64,000 nt of DNA from Candidatus Neochristensenella gallicola (GCA_904419735.1 CAJFSR010000014.1:5955-69954), one strand, 5' to 3'. Shown: positions 17,356 through 28,437, counted from the first letter of the stretch. Numbers and translations are program-made. The notes: generated from the sequence alone by a model not told the origin.

Positions 17356-18252
17356 TTAGGATAAAAACGACTGTTTGCTATGTGATAAAATCCAATTCAG
17401 GATGGATTCGTCCTCAAATAATATATTGCCGCCGCCGTGATAATTGCCGGTAATGCCGTGCGAGTTAAAGTAAGCGTTGTCCGGAATTTCAAGCTGCAAA
17501 ACGGCATCAATCTGTGCGTCTGTCCAGCCTAGGCGTTCATAGGCGGAACGCAGCCCGTTATAAGCTTCTCTTGCCCTGTCCGAGCCATAGTATTCATCAT
17601 TCTGGGCCATAAATATGTATACCGCTACTCTGTTTTCCGCTACTGAAGCGTATTCTCCGTCCCATTGTGAGGCGCCGTGCAGGTAGGCTGCGTATAAATC
17701 TGGGCGCATGGCTACTGCCCGGGACATGGTTTCTCCTCCGGCTGAATAGCCCGCCGCATAAATCCTGGATGAATCAACTGCAAAATTGTCCGCAAAGTAC
17801 TGGGTCAGCTCTATGGCCTGCCGGGCAGAAGTTTCTCCCCAATCGGTCAGCTGGGCGGATACCACTATTATATCTTCATCCAGCTCCGTCCAGCAGCGGA
17901 AGCCGCGCCAGTTCAAGTTAGAGCCGGAGGAGTCCTGGCCGAACCACATCATATCATATCCGGGCATAACCATCATTAAAGGATATTTACTTCCGGCATC
18001 ATAGTTTTTGGGCAAATAATAGCTGTAATGTATTTGGCCGCTCTCTCCGTTTAAAAGCTGTTCGGCTATCAGACCGGTTTTAATAGGCGCGGAAATATCA
18101 TTATCCGCCGGGGCGGAGCTGCTTGCAGGCGTGCTGGTGCTGTAAAGAGCGTCTGAACTGCTGGCGCCAGGTGTATTTTGCAGAACGCTTTGGGCAGAGC
18201 ATGCGCTGAGCAGCATGACGGTGCAGAATATGAGGCTCAATTTTTTCTTCAT
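17356..18252 (-). CDS. lipoprotein alpha/beta-hydrolase (esterase-like)
   Basis: Signal peptide with lipobox LLSAC and a nucleophile elbow GYSAGG. Fold assignment is based on motif and size only. Confidence 0.65.
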   Translation of the reverse strand: MKKKLSLIFCTVMLLSACSAQSVLQNTPGASSSDALYSTSTPASSSAPADNDISAPIKTGLIAEQLLNGESGQIHYSYYLPKNYDAGSKYPLMMVMPGYDMMWFGQDSSGSNLNWRGFRCWTELDEDIIVVSAQLTDWGETSARQAIELTQYFADNFAVDSSRIYAAGYSAGGETMSRAVAMRPDLYAAYLHGASQWDGEYASVAENRVAVYIFMAQNDEYYGSDRAREAYNGLRSAYERLGWTDAQIDAVLQLEIPDNAYFNSHGITGNYHGGGNILFEDESILNWILSHSKQSFLS

Positions 18253-18746
18253 ATAGCTATTCTCCTTTTTGGAAGATTTTTATGGCGTAAACGTCAATAT
18301 TTAATTTCCGGACTTGAGGGTTTTATCCATGCCTGCAAGCGTTTCTGCGGCTGCGGGGGACGGCTTTCTTCCTGCTTCAGCCTGCGCCAGCGTGTCCGTA
18401 TCGCTGTTTCCAATATTAATGCTTTGCCGCGCGCTGCGCACTAAAGGCTCTTTGATTTTTAATACTTAAAAGTGCCGCCGGCCGTTTTCTACCGCCGCGT
18501 ATCATCCTTCCTTTATTATAGTGTCAAATAAAAATTTTCGGAAGTTCCGGTTTGTTATGCAGTAGAAACTTTGGGGTTTCAATACATTTGCTCAGGGTCT
18601 CCTGGGAAAACGAACTTTTTGTTGGACCGGTATTCTGGACCTTCCGTATGAGGGTGAAACTTTCTGCGCCTTAGCCTGTCCTGTTGCCTGCTGCGTTAGC
18701 TGCTTGCAGACAGCTGGATAACTGGATATAATAAAACTGTACGGAA

Positions 18747-19356
18747 TTGCGAACAGAAACAATCAAGGGAATTACCGCCAAAGCATTCGCATATACGGAT
18801 AAAAAGGCACGGTCAAAACCATTCGCATACACGAATAAAAAGGGTGCGGATATGGAATATCAGGTGGGCAAGCGCTACACCTTCTGGCTCCATATTCTGG
18901 ATGGGGAAGCCGGCTCCAGCGAGATGGATCTTATTGACGGACGGTTTGGCTTCCAGTTCTACGTTATGGGAACGCTTGGCGTAAGGGCCGGCGTCAAGGC
19001 TGAAATTGCTTTCGGCCTGCTCAGCACGAGCATTGCCAGCGTCGGCGTCAATGTGGAGTTCGGCGTTTATGTGAAGCTGCATGGGTATTTTATCTATTAT
19101 TTTGAAAAGCTCAGGCCGGAGGGCGCTGAAAAACGGGAAGTTTATCCTCAGTCCCGCAGAAGGCGAGCAGAGGATAGCTGCCGCCGATAAGGCCGGCAAC
19201 AGCGTCACTGCTAGCGTCACAGTAAAGGAAAAGGAAAATGAAGAAAGTCCCGACACGGGCGATCAAGGACATATCGCACTTTGGAGCACTCTGCTGTTTG
19301 CATCGGGCAGTGTGCTGGCAGCATTTATAATCAAGAGAAAGAAGCAGGAAAGATAA
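18747..19356 (+). pseudogene. remnant of a cell-wall-anchored surface protein (two frames)
   Basis: The frame changes near 19100-19190. The C-terminus has a sortase-type sorting signal: SPDTG, a hydrophobic stretch (HIALWSTLLFASGSVLAAFII), then KRKKQER. There is no N-terminal signal or start region. A hairpin GCCTGGATATC...GATATCCAGGC follows. Confidence 0.45.
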
Positions 19357-20346
19357 TAAAAGCAATCCTCCTAAAGAACAGCGCCTGGATATCACTTATA
19401 AGGTCGATATCCAGGCTCTGTTCTATTGGTCTTTATATTTATCGCTGGCCGCCTTAATTCTAAAGCTTAAAAACTGGGTAAGAGGGAGGCTGGTGTATTT
19501 CTTTTTAAAAGGCCGGAATGCTTTGGAAAATTTTTCAGAAAAGAATCCCGGCCGGCTAAAAAGGAACGGGCAGTCACGCGGAGAAACTGGAACAGGCAGG
19601 AAAACTGCCCGCAGGTGCCGGCCAGCGTGTATTTTCACAGACGGGCAATCCAGGCAGCTTAGCGGGCGGTATCCGGCAGGGCGAAAATCTTAAAAGCAAG
19701 TACTTCCTGCTTAAAACAGAATCTGCTGAAGGATAGGACGAACCGGACAGCATGAAAAGCTTTCTCGCCATTTCGGACCGGCATCCGGACGCACCCGAGC
19801 TGACACATGACATCCTGAGGGATTTTTTTAAAAATATACATGAGTGTTCGGGTCTTACGGGGAAAAATTTTAGAATTAAGATGTTGACGTCTATTTCCAT
19901 TATATCTGAATGATATAATGACCCAGGGCATATCCAAAGATATGCCCTGGGCTGTCAGTCTGCTAAATATCCTTATTGTGCCGGAGCTATTGGGCATCTC
20001 CGGTAAGGAAGTATGTCTGTAAAGCAAGCCGGGAATCTGCCGTACAAATCCCCTGCCTGCTGCTGCGGTATAAGACAAAACCACTTGAAGAAGAACAAAA
20101 GAGTTCTTTTTCGAGTGGTATCTTATTTTGTGAAGTTTCAAACCTTCGGTTTGAAGTGAAGCTGTAATAAATTACAGCGAAGTATTTGTCAAATGTGAAG
20201 TTAAGTTTGCCGCAAAGCCATTGCGCAACAAGCTTCACTGTAAAATAACCTCACTGCCGCAAGGAAACTTAACTTGCCCATTAGGGCAAGCGCCGTTTGG
20301 GCACAGCGCGGTGCATTATATAAAATACTGCCGTATTGCGCCGGAG

Positions 20347-21087
20347 CTATCCCGCCGGCTCGTTTTTATTATTGCCGTTCACATAGCGCAGCCAAAGACA
20401 GTTTTGGTCTATGGTCCGGATCTCTTTAAGAGCAAAAGCCGCTGGTTTTTGCGGCGGCAGGAAAGGCGCCTGCTCAAAAATAGAGATGTGAGGAGCGCTG
20501 GGATCTGCAACCGGGGCAATAACCAGGCTTAATTCGTCAATAAGTCCCTCCTGGAGGAAGGAACAGTTGACAATCCCTCCTCCGGCCAGCATAAGCCGTT
20601 TTATTCCCAGCTGATGCGTCAGCTTTTTAAGCAGGCAGTTGCAGTTTATGCGCTTCTGCCCGGCAAAAAGATAGGAAATTCCCAGCTCGCGCAGATAGTT
20701 GAGATAAGAAGAATCAGCCTGCTCGGTCAGCGCCTGGACGACGTGCGCAGCGGGCCGCCCCTTTTTTTCCAGTATGCTTGAATGAAAGCCCATTATGCCA
20801 TTTGGGTCTATGGAAATAATAAAATTTTCCGCCTTTTTGCCCTGGGCGCTTATATAGTCTTCTTTGGGAATGCTTTTATTATTTTTTGGGAGCGCTGGCG
20901 CAGGACCGTCGGCATAACTCTCCAGCATAGTGGAGGTGCCGTACAGCGTGGCCGGGCAGCCATAATATTTCCTAAGTTCTCCGTAGGCTTTTAAAGCGGG
21001 CGCAGTTTGGGGAGCGCTGAAAAATTCCCCGTCAATACGGCCGTTTAAAGAGGCCAGCATATGGCATACTACAAAAGGACGGTCCAT
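20347..21087 (-). CDS. RibD C-terminal domain / dihydrofolate-reductase-like family protein
   Basis: N-terminal VVCHMLASLNGRIDG and C-terminal LMLAGGGIVNCSFLQEGLIDELSLVIAPV are typical of the family. Confidence 0.75.
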   Translation of the reverse strand: MDRPFVVCHMLASLNGRIDGEFFSAPQTAPALKAYGELRKYYGCPATLYGTSTMLESYADGPAPALPKNNKSIPKEDYISAQGKKAENFIISIDPNGIMGFHSSILEKKGRPAAHVVQALTEQADSSYLNYLRELGISYLFAGQKRINCNCLLKKLTHQLGIKRLMLAGGGIVNCSFLQEGLIDELSLVIAPVADPSAPHISIFEQAPFLPPQKPAAFALKEIRTIDQNCLWLRYVNGNNKNEPAG

Positions 21088-21088
21088 T

Positions 21089-21412
21089 TTATTCCTCGCC
21101 GTATACTTCTTTTGCCATTCTCAGCGCGGCCCAGGCTTTGGGCCAGCCTGCGTAAAAGGCAAGCTGTGTCAGAGCCTCGCTCATTTCGGTGCTGCTTACG
21201 CCGTTGAGCTTTGCCCGCTGGATATGGTGCAGCAGGGAAGAGTCCAGTATGCCGCTGGCCATGAGCGCGGAGACGGTAATCAGGCTCCTGTCCCTGGGGG
21301 AGAGCTTGTCCTCGCGGGACCAGACTTCTCCAAAGAGCACATCGTCGTTCAGCTCTGCAAATTTGGGCGCAAATTTATTCATGGCGTCTCTGCCCGCCGT
21401 AACTTTATCCAT
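21089..21412 (-). CDS. carboxymuconolactone decarboxylase (CMD) family protein
   Basis: Shows LSPRDRSLITVSALMASG and AFYAGWPKAWAA blocks. The start is placed at the second ATG (21412), which has AAAGGAAG upstream. The track start at 21448 lacks an RBS. Confidence 0.75.
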   Translation of the reverse strand: MDKVTAGRDAMNKFAPKFAELNDDVLFGEVWSREDKLSPRDRSLITVSALMASGILDSSLLHHIQRAKLNGVSSTEMSEALTQLAFYAGWPKAWAALRMAKEVYGEE

Positions 21413-21502
21413 ACAAAAATCTTCCTTTCTTGCTTTGGCTATTTTCATACTTTTAAACTGTCCGAAATGGCCGGAAATACTTTTTTAAAGCGCTTTGATA
21501 AA

Positions 21503-22060
21503 TTATTTGAGCTGTGCGCCGTCTTTAAAGGCATTTCCTACCCTCTGGCCCATAACGTGATAGCCGCCGCGGGCGGGTTCAAAGGAAATGGGCCGGAATT
21601 TATTAAAGTCTATGCCGCCGTCCTGGGCCAGCACATTTTCTTCAGCGCTCACATTTACAATGCGCCCTATGATATTGCCGTCCTCGTTCACTTTTATAAA
21701 ACTGCATTCCAGCGCTACGGGCAGTTCATTAATAAGGGGCGCGTCCACAAATTCGCTTCGGGTAACGCTGAAGCCTGCTTTTTCCAGCTTGCGGGGCTGA
21801 CTGTTGGCCGAAACTATTCCTACATAATCAGAAGGGACAACATTATCCGCATCGGCAAAGCTTACGGTAAAAGCTCCTCTTGATTTGATGTTTGCGGTGG
21901 TCCTGTGGCCCTCGCTCAGGCACAGCACCACCTTATCCGCATCGTACAGGCCTCCCCAGGCGGCATTCATCGCGTCAGGGGAGCCGTCGGGATTATAAGT
22001 GCCTATAATAAGCACGGGCAGCGGATAGAACCAGGATTTTACACCGAAATTTTTACGCAT
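21503..22060 (-). CDS. flavin reductase-like (FMN-binding split-barrel) protein
   Basis: 185 aa with PLPVLIIGTYNPDGSPDAMNAAWGG, typical of the flavin reductase domain. Confidence 0.75.
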   Translation of the reverse strand: MRKNFGVKSWFYPLPVLIIGTYNPDGSPDAMNAAWGGLYDADKVVLCLSEGHRTTANIKSRGAFTVSFADADNVVPSDYVGIVSANSQPRKLEKAGFSVTRSEFVDAPLINELPVALECSFIKVNEDGNIIGRIVNVSAEENVLAQDGGIDFNKFRPISFEPARGGYHVMGQRVGNAFKDGAQLK

Positions 22061-22077
22061 ATCTGTTCTTCCTTTCC

Positions 22078-22923
22078 TTATTTTTGTTCGTCTACAGGCG
22101 GTACCATCTCAGCGTAGCTTCTAAGCAGTTCGGGAGTGCTGGTATAATAGCGCTTCATTTTATCCATATCTGCAATTTTGTCCATTTCCTCCTGGGTGAG
22201 GGAGAAATCAAATAAATCAAAATTGTCCCGGATATGGGCGGGGTTTTTGGAGCCGGGAATGACTATATTGCCGCTTTGGATGTGCCAGCGCAGTATAATC
22301 TGAGCGCTGCTCTTATTGTATTTTTTGCCCAGCTCGGCAAAAAGAGGCTCCTCAATAAGCGCTTTGTCTCCGTGTCCAAGGGGATACCAGGCCTGAATTA
22401 CGATGCCCTTTTCTTTTAGATAGCTTTTTAATGCCTTTTCCTGTGAATAGGGATGTACTTCAGTTTGCAGAACCGCCGGCTTGATTTTGCAGATGCTGAA
22501 AATTTCCTCTATCTGTTCCCGGCTGAAATTGGACAGCCCTATGGCTTTTACTTTGCCTTCCTGATAAGCTTTTTCCATTAATTTATAGCCGGCAATATAA
22601 TTGCCTGCGGGCTGATGTATGAGCAGAAGGTCGATATAGGGAGTGTCAAGGCGCTCAAGAGTTTTTTCCACCGCGTCTGCCTGTTCGTAAAAGCTGGGCC
22701 AGAGCTTTGTCTCCAAAAAGATTTCCTCCCGCTTGAGCCCGGATTTTTTGATGGCCCTGCCCACCGCCTTTTCGTTGACATAGGCGTTAGCGGTATCTAT
22801 GAGCCTGTAGCCGCATTCCAGGGCGCTGAGGACTGAAGCTTCAGCTTCATCCGGGGTCAAAAGGAATGTGCCTATTCCCGCCATTGGCATTTTGATTTGA
22901 TTGTTTAAAACTGCATAATCCAT
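22078..22923 (-). CDS. aldo/keto reductase (diketogluconate-reductase-like)
   Basis: AKR blocks GYRLIDTANAY, LIHQP and IVIPGSKNPAHIRDN. The start is at 22923 with AGGAG 8 nt upstream. Confidence 0.85.
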   Translation of the reverse strand: MDYAVLNNQIKMPMAGIGTFLLTPDEAEASVLSALECGYRLIDTANAYVNEKAVGRAIKKSGLKREEIFLETKLWPSFYEQADAVEKTLERLDTPYIDLLLIHQPAGNYIAGYKLMEKAYQEGKVKAIGLSNFSREQIEEIFSICKIKPAVLQTEVHPYSQEKALKSYLKEKGIVIQAWYPLGHGDKALIEEPLFAELGKKYNKSSAQIILRWHIQSGNIVIPGSKNPAHIRDNFDLFDFSLTQEEMDKIADMDKMKRYYTSTPELLRSYAEMVPPVDEQK

Positions 22924-23016
22924 TGTTTTCGCTCCTTTTATTTTAATCATTATAAATAACCGGCTTAATTAAGCTCCGGTCGTGTTTGAGAAACAGTTTT
23001 ATTGCTTTTGGTATTC

Positions 23017-24018
<1,002 letters not shown>

Positions 24019-24085
24019 TTCATCTCCTTATGCCTATATTATAAAGCTTTTTATATTAAAGAGAAGTTTCGGTTAGTTATGCTGT

Positions 24086-25746
24086 TTAAACTATAGGTTT
24101 ATACTGGCTTTGCTCCGCAGGCTTAAGCCGTTTGAACGTATGAGCATATATTCCTAAAGAAATGGGCAGCATAATTATTTCCACGGCGAGCTGTGTCCAT
24201 ATCATGCCGTAGAGGCCAAAAAGCCGGTTCATCAGTATAAGCAGGGGGATGTTCAGCAAACCCTGGCGGCTGAAGGTAAGAAGGGCTGACTGCGCTCCCT
24301 TTCCCATGGCCTGGAGGGTATAGCTTATAAGAAAATTTACCGAAGTCAGGGGCACGGCCAGACAGGCAATGCGCAGGAAAGAGGCGCCCAAGGTGCTGGT
24401 CTGCTCTTCCCGTATGAACAGACGCAGTATTTGGGGCGCTCCCAGAGCAAAGCAGGCTACAAAGCAAGCTGACATAACAAGGGCGGTTTTCCAGGAGAAT
24501 ACGGCGACGTGGCGCATGCGCTTATAGTTTTTGGAGGCAAAAGTATACCCTAAATTGACAAGGGGATATACGCCTCCAGCGGCCTGATTCCGGCATTTTC
24601 TGCGTCGTCGTCAATAGGTGTACGTTCAGTACACCTCATTCCGCTTCCTTGAAAATGCCGAAATTAAACCTGCTGGAGGTCGAAGAGTCAGACAGCGGCC
24701 GTTTGGGTGCCCTGCAAGGCGCTTGAACGACGTGTACTGGACGTACACGGAGCGAAAAGCAACAGCGAAAAGCAACACAGCAGGACACCGAAACAGCCCT
24801 GTCCTGACCGTATATGCCCTTGTCAATTTAGGGTAGCCTACCAAAGGCATAAAACCCTGGCACAGCCCATGGATACGTTGAGCGGGAACTGATCTATGCG
24901 CTTGACTATGCCGTATGCCGCTACGGGTATATCCCCGTAATTCGAGGCCAGACTCACCATTACCATATTTGAAGCGTTGCCCAGAGCGGTAGCCAGGGCG
25001 GAAGCCAGCCCTACTGAAAAAACCGGCCGGGTGAAGGAGAAGGAAAAATATTTAGGATTCAGCGAAAGCTGGGTTCTGCCATGCAGCCGTTTGAACTGGA
25101 AGGCAAAAAAAGCGACAGAGGCCGCATTGGAAAAGGCGGTGGCTATTGCCGCGCCCGCAACGTCCATATCAAATAAGAATATGAGCACCGGATCCAGTAT
25201 TACATTCAGAATGCCCCCGAACATCATGCCTGCACTGGCCTGTTTGGCGTGTCCTTCGCTGCGCAGCAGATGGCCTAAGGTCAAGCTGGCTACAGTGGGT
25301 ATTCCGCCCAGAACAACCACCCATATAAGATAGCTTTCCGCATAACTGTAAGTATCGCTGCTTGCTCCTAAAAAATTCAAAAGGGGGTTCCGCGCAAAAA
25401 GGGTAACCAGAGAAAAAACCAGAGCCGCCGCTGCGCCGCCCCAGATGCCGAAAGCTGAGACATGCTTTATTTCCTGGTGCTTCATTGCTCCCAGCATTCG
25501 GGAGATAAGGCTGCTTGCGCCTAAACCGAACAGGTTCCCAATAGCGGTAAGCAGGTTGAACCAAGGGGAAACCAAGGAAACTGCGGCCACCATTAAAGGG
25601 TTCCCAATCTGGCCTATGAAAAAAGTGTCCGCCAGATTGTATATCATGGTAACAACCTAGCTTATAATGGTGGGAATGGCCAGAGTAGCTACGGCCCTTG
25701 GTACGCTCATGCTCTCAAACAGCTCTTTTTCGTTTTGTTTGTCCAT
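24086..25746 (-). pseudogene. MATE family efflux transporter inactivated by three lesions
   Basis: Lesion 1 is an in-frame TAG at 25657-25659 within PTIIS*VVTMIYNLADTFFIGQ, a position that my recollection of MATE N-termini would fill with Gln (unverified). Lesion 2 is a 1-nt frameshift near 24865-24875 (NVSMG then LCQGFMPLVGY in another frame). Lesion 3 is a MITE insertion at 24548-24833. Confidence 0.85.
24548..24833 (-). mobile_element. MITE family B, copy B1 (286 bp), inside the MATE gene
   Basis: TA|CCCTAAATTGACAAGGGGATATACG ... CGTATATGCCCTTGTCAATTTAGGG|TA, a 25-nt TIR matching 24/25. Carries an internal 13-bp tandem duplication GCGAAAAGCAACA x2. Strand is given relative to family A reference copy 34172-34438. 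Confidence 0.9.
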
Positions 25747-25935
25747 AATTTTAAATTTCCCTTCTTTCTGCGGAGCTGCTTAAAAAGATTATAAGCTTCT
25801 ATTGAGGATGGCGGTTTTTTATAAAAGAAGCTTAAAAGCAGGCCCTTCCGGGGCGTCCGAAAGGGCGTAATGCATTGCTGAGGATAAATTTTGCTGCAAG
25901 GCTTATTTTCATGCCGGGTTTTTAAAAGCAAGCTG

Positions 25936-26207
25936 CCCTCAGTTTACAAGGAATTACATGCCTCGTAACGGGATAATATCTTCATTTTCTGCGTTATCCT
26001 CAATCGTAGTACGTCCAGTGCGCCTTTATCGCTTGCCTGGAAAACAAAGAAATTCTCGCCGTTTGAGGCCGCAGAGTCAGAATGCATAAAATTTATGCCG
26101 GGTAAAGCGCGCTTGAACGACATGTACCGAGTGTACATGGAATCAAGACAGCGCGCCGGTACGCAATTTTATGCATTCTAACCGTGCAGCTCTCTGTAAA
26201 CTGAGGT
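25936..26207 (-). mobile_element. MITE family A, copy A4 (inverted orientation)
   Basis: CCCTCAGTTTACAAGGAA ... CTCTCTGTAAACTGAGGT|TA. The left flank is TG instead of TA. The right end abuts the stop codon of the 26207-27568 gene. Confidence 0.85.
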
Positions 26208-27568
26208 TAATTGCCGGTGAAAATATTTGACAGCCAGCTGTCAAAAGTAGGGATCCAGCCGCCTCTAGAGCCGAAGCCGTGAGGCATGTTATCCAGCTGA
26301 AGGCGTTCAACATTTACGCCCGCTTCTTCGGCAGCATCGGCATTGGCCAGGAATTGGCGGTAAAACGGGTCTCTGGTGCCGTAGCAGTAGAAAGTGGGAG
26401 GCAGATTGCCCCTCCGGAGCAGTTCCACATCGGTTGTGCCTACGCTCAGGCGCCCGTAAAAGGAATATATCATTCCGCATGCCGCAGCGTCGGCCGACAG
26501 CATGTCCAGCTGGTCAGGTATGTAATCAGAATCCAGCGCCGTGCCGTTAACTTCCCCGTCAAAATTTAAGAGCATTTCGCCGCTGAGGATTCCGCCTGCG
26601 GAAAAACCCATTACTGCTATGTCCTTTTCCTCTATGCCGTATTCCTCAGCGTGAGCGCGGACAAAGCGCACCGCCCTGGCCAGGTCGAGGGCCCCTTCCT
26701 GCTGGGTATAGGGCCGCAGACGGTAATCCACGACAAAGCTCTGGTATCCAAGGGCGCTCAGAGCCTGGGCGACCTCTATCCCTTCGGGCTGGTCGCTGCG
26801 GAACTGGAATGCCCCGCCGGGACAGATAAGCACGGCCCCTTTGATTTCTACGCCCTGCGGTACCGGAAAGCTGGTAATATAAGGCCGGAAATCCGGGTCG
26901 TCCGAATAAGCGCCATTATTCTGCGTATATTGGGTTACTGCGGGAGCGTTGTTTTCTTCCCAGAGATAAAGAGTTTGCTGCGAATGGGGCGTTACTGCTG
27001 CGCTTAATACAGTGTTGCCGCCGCTTTCTTCGGGCATGCTGTCCTCTTTAAGCAGATTAAGGCTCTGCGCCCAGGCGACAATGGCTTGGTCCTGTGTTTC
27101 TTCTAAAATTATGAGGGCGCCGCCCAGCAGCGCGCCGGGCTGAAGCTGTGAGACTGCGTTTAAAATGCCGTCCGCATTATTGCCGCTGCCGGCGGCAAAA
27201 GGAAATATTGTCTTTGCTCCAAAATCATTTTGAGTTAAAAACTCCGCTATCTCTTCGGGCAGAATATTATTTTCTGCTTCAAAGCCCAGCAGGATAAATT
27301 CATACATGCCATAATCCTTTTGGGGATTTTCAGAAATAGGCAGTACTTGGGCGTTTAATGTTTCTCCCAGCAAAGAGGCGGCCCGGCTTATGGGGCTGTT
27401 CTCCTGGGAAGAAACATATGCAACGAGGATATTGCTCTGCTGGGGGGATGTGAAAATATTTCCCTGGCTGGGTGCGGCACTTTGCTGGGCTGGGCTTTGG
27501 GGGCTGCTGCAAGCGGCCATACAAAAAATCATACTGGATATAACTATCATTACCGCTGTTCTTTTCAT
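26207..27568 (-). CDS. lipoprotein with an N-terminal flavodoxin-like region and a C-terminal alpha/beta-hydrolase (esterase/lipase) domain
   Basis: Lipobox FCMAAC and nucleophile elbow GFSAGG within VMGFSAGGILSG. Also HAEEYGIEEKDIAVMG, typical of hydrolase fold-3 esterases. Confidence 0.7.
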   Translation of the reverse strand: MKRTAVMIVISSMIFCMAACSSPQSPAQQSAAPSQGNIFTSPQQSNILVAYVSSQENSPISRAASLLGETLNAQVLPISENPQKDYGMYEFILLGFEAENNILPEEIAEFLTQNDFGAKTIFPFAAGSGNNADGILNAVSQLQPGALLGGALIILEETQDQAIVAWAQSLNLLKEDSMPEESGGNTVLSAAVTPHSQQTLYLWEENNAPAVTQYTQNNGAYSDDPDFRPYITSFPVPQGVEIKGAVLICPGGAFQFRSDQPEGIEVAQALSALGYQSFVVDYRLRPYTQQEGALDLARAVRFVRAHAEEYGIEEKDIAVMGFSAGGILSGEMLLNFDGEVNGTALDSDYIPDQLDMLSADAAACGMIYSFYGRLSVGTTDVELLRRGNLPPTFYCYGTRDPFYRQFLANADAAEEAGVNVERLQLDNMPHGFGSRGGWIPTFDSWLSNIFTGN

Positions 27569-27749
27569 AAGGCCTCTCTTTTTCTATTTTAATGTGCCGG
27601 CGGCAGGCGCTGGACGCAGGGGGTAGCGCGTCCAGGCCTGCCGCCCGAAAATACATTTTGCTTATAAATGCCGGAGCACGCAGCGCCGTATTTGCCGGCT
27701 TAAAGGTTTAACGCCGGGGCTGCTGCGTGCGGCCGGGATAGCCTGCCGT

Positions 27750-28421
27750 TTACAGATTCAGGCTGTCCAGCCAGGCCTGCACATCCTCCTGGCTTACGCG
27801 GGAGGAGAAACGGTGGCCCTCCAGCCAATTACCTGTGCCGGCCATATCCTCAAGCAGCTCGCCGCTCTGGCCCAGGCCCGAACTTGCCGAGGTGCAGAAG
27901 GGTATTACGGTTTTCCCGGTAAAGTCGTTGTTTTGGATAAATGTGTCCACTGGCCAGGCCGCTATGCCCCACCATATGGGGTAGCCGATAAATATGGTGT
28001 CGTATTCGCTCCAGTTTTCTACTGTATTAGCCACCAGCTCTATATTTCGGGCGTCGGGATTGTCATGCTCATAAACTACTCTGCTGTCTTGATTGCTGTA
28101 ATTAAGGTCTTCGTCGGTATAGGGGTCGGCGGGCACCAGTTCAAATAAATCGCCGCCGGTAAGCTGGGCTATATAATCAGCCGCTTCCTGGGTATTGCCT
28201 GTCGCTGAAAAGTATACTACCAGCGTCCGGCCTCCGCCTTGCGCGGGAGTTTGGGCTTCTTCGCTGTTCTGCGCCGAGGGGGCGGAAGAGACTGCGGGAT
28301 TTTCCGAAGAAGAGGGAATATAAGCCGAAGGGGATGAGGAGGCCTGAGGGGTCTGGCTGCTGCAGGATGCGAGTCCTATGGCCAATATCAGGCCAAGTAC
28401 GAGGGAAGTTAATTTTTTCAT
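27750..28421 (-). CDS. flavodoxin-like lipoprotein
   Basis: The start at 28421 (MKKLTSLVLGLILAIGLASCSS) has AGGAG upstream. A Ser/Pro/Ala linker precedes a flavodoxin-type core (LVVYFSATGNTQEAADYIA ... PFCTSASSG). Confidence 0.75.
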   Translation of the reverse strand: MKKLTSLVLGLILAIGLASCSSQTPQASSSPSAYIPSSSENPAVSSAPSAQNSEEAQTPAQGGGRTLVVYFSATGNTQEAADYIAQLTGGDLFELVPADPYTDEDLNYSNQDSRVVYEHDNPDARNIELVANTVENWSEYDTIFIGYPIWWGIAAWPVDTFIQNNDFTGKTVIPFCTSASSGLGQSGELLEDMAGTGNWLEGHRFSSRVSQEDVQAWLDSLNL

Positions 28422-28437
28422 TTTATTCTTTCTCCTT

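Noticed and set aside
25657-25659. In-frame TAG in the MATE gene as pyrrolysine or programmed read-through
   Set aside because: No pyl genes are present in the window. The same gene also carries a frameshift and a MITE insertion, so a simple nonsense mutation is the economical reading.
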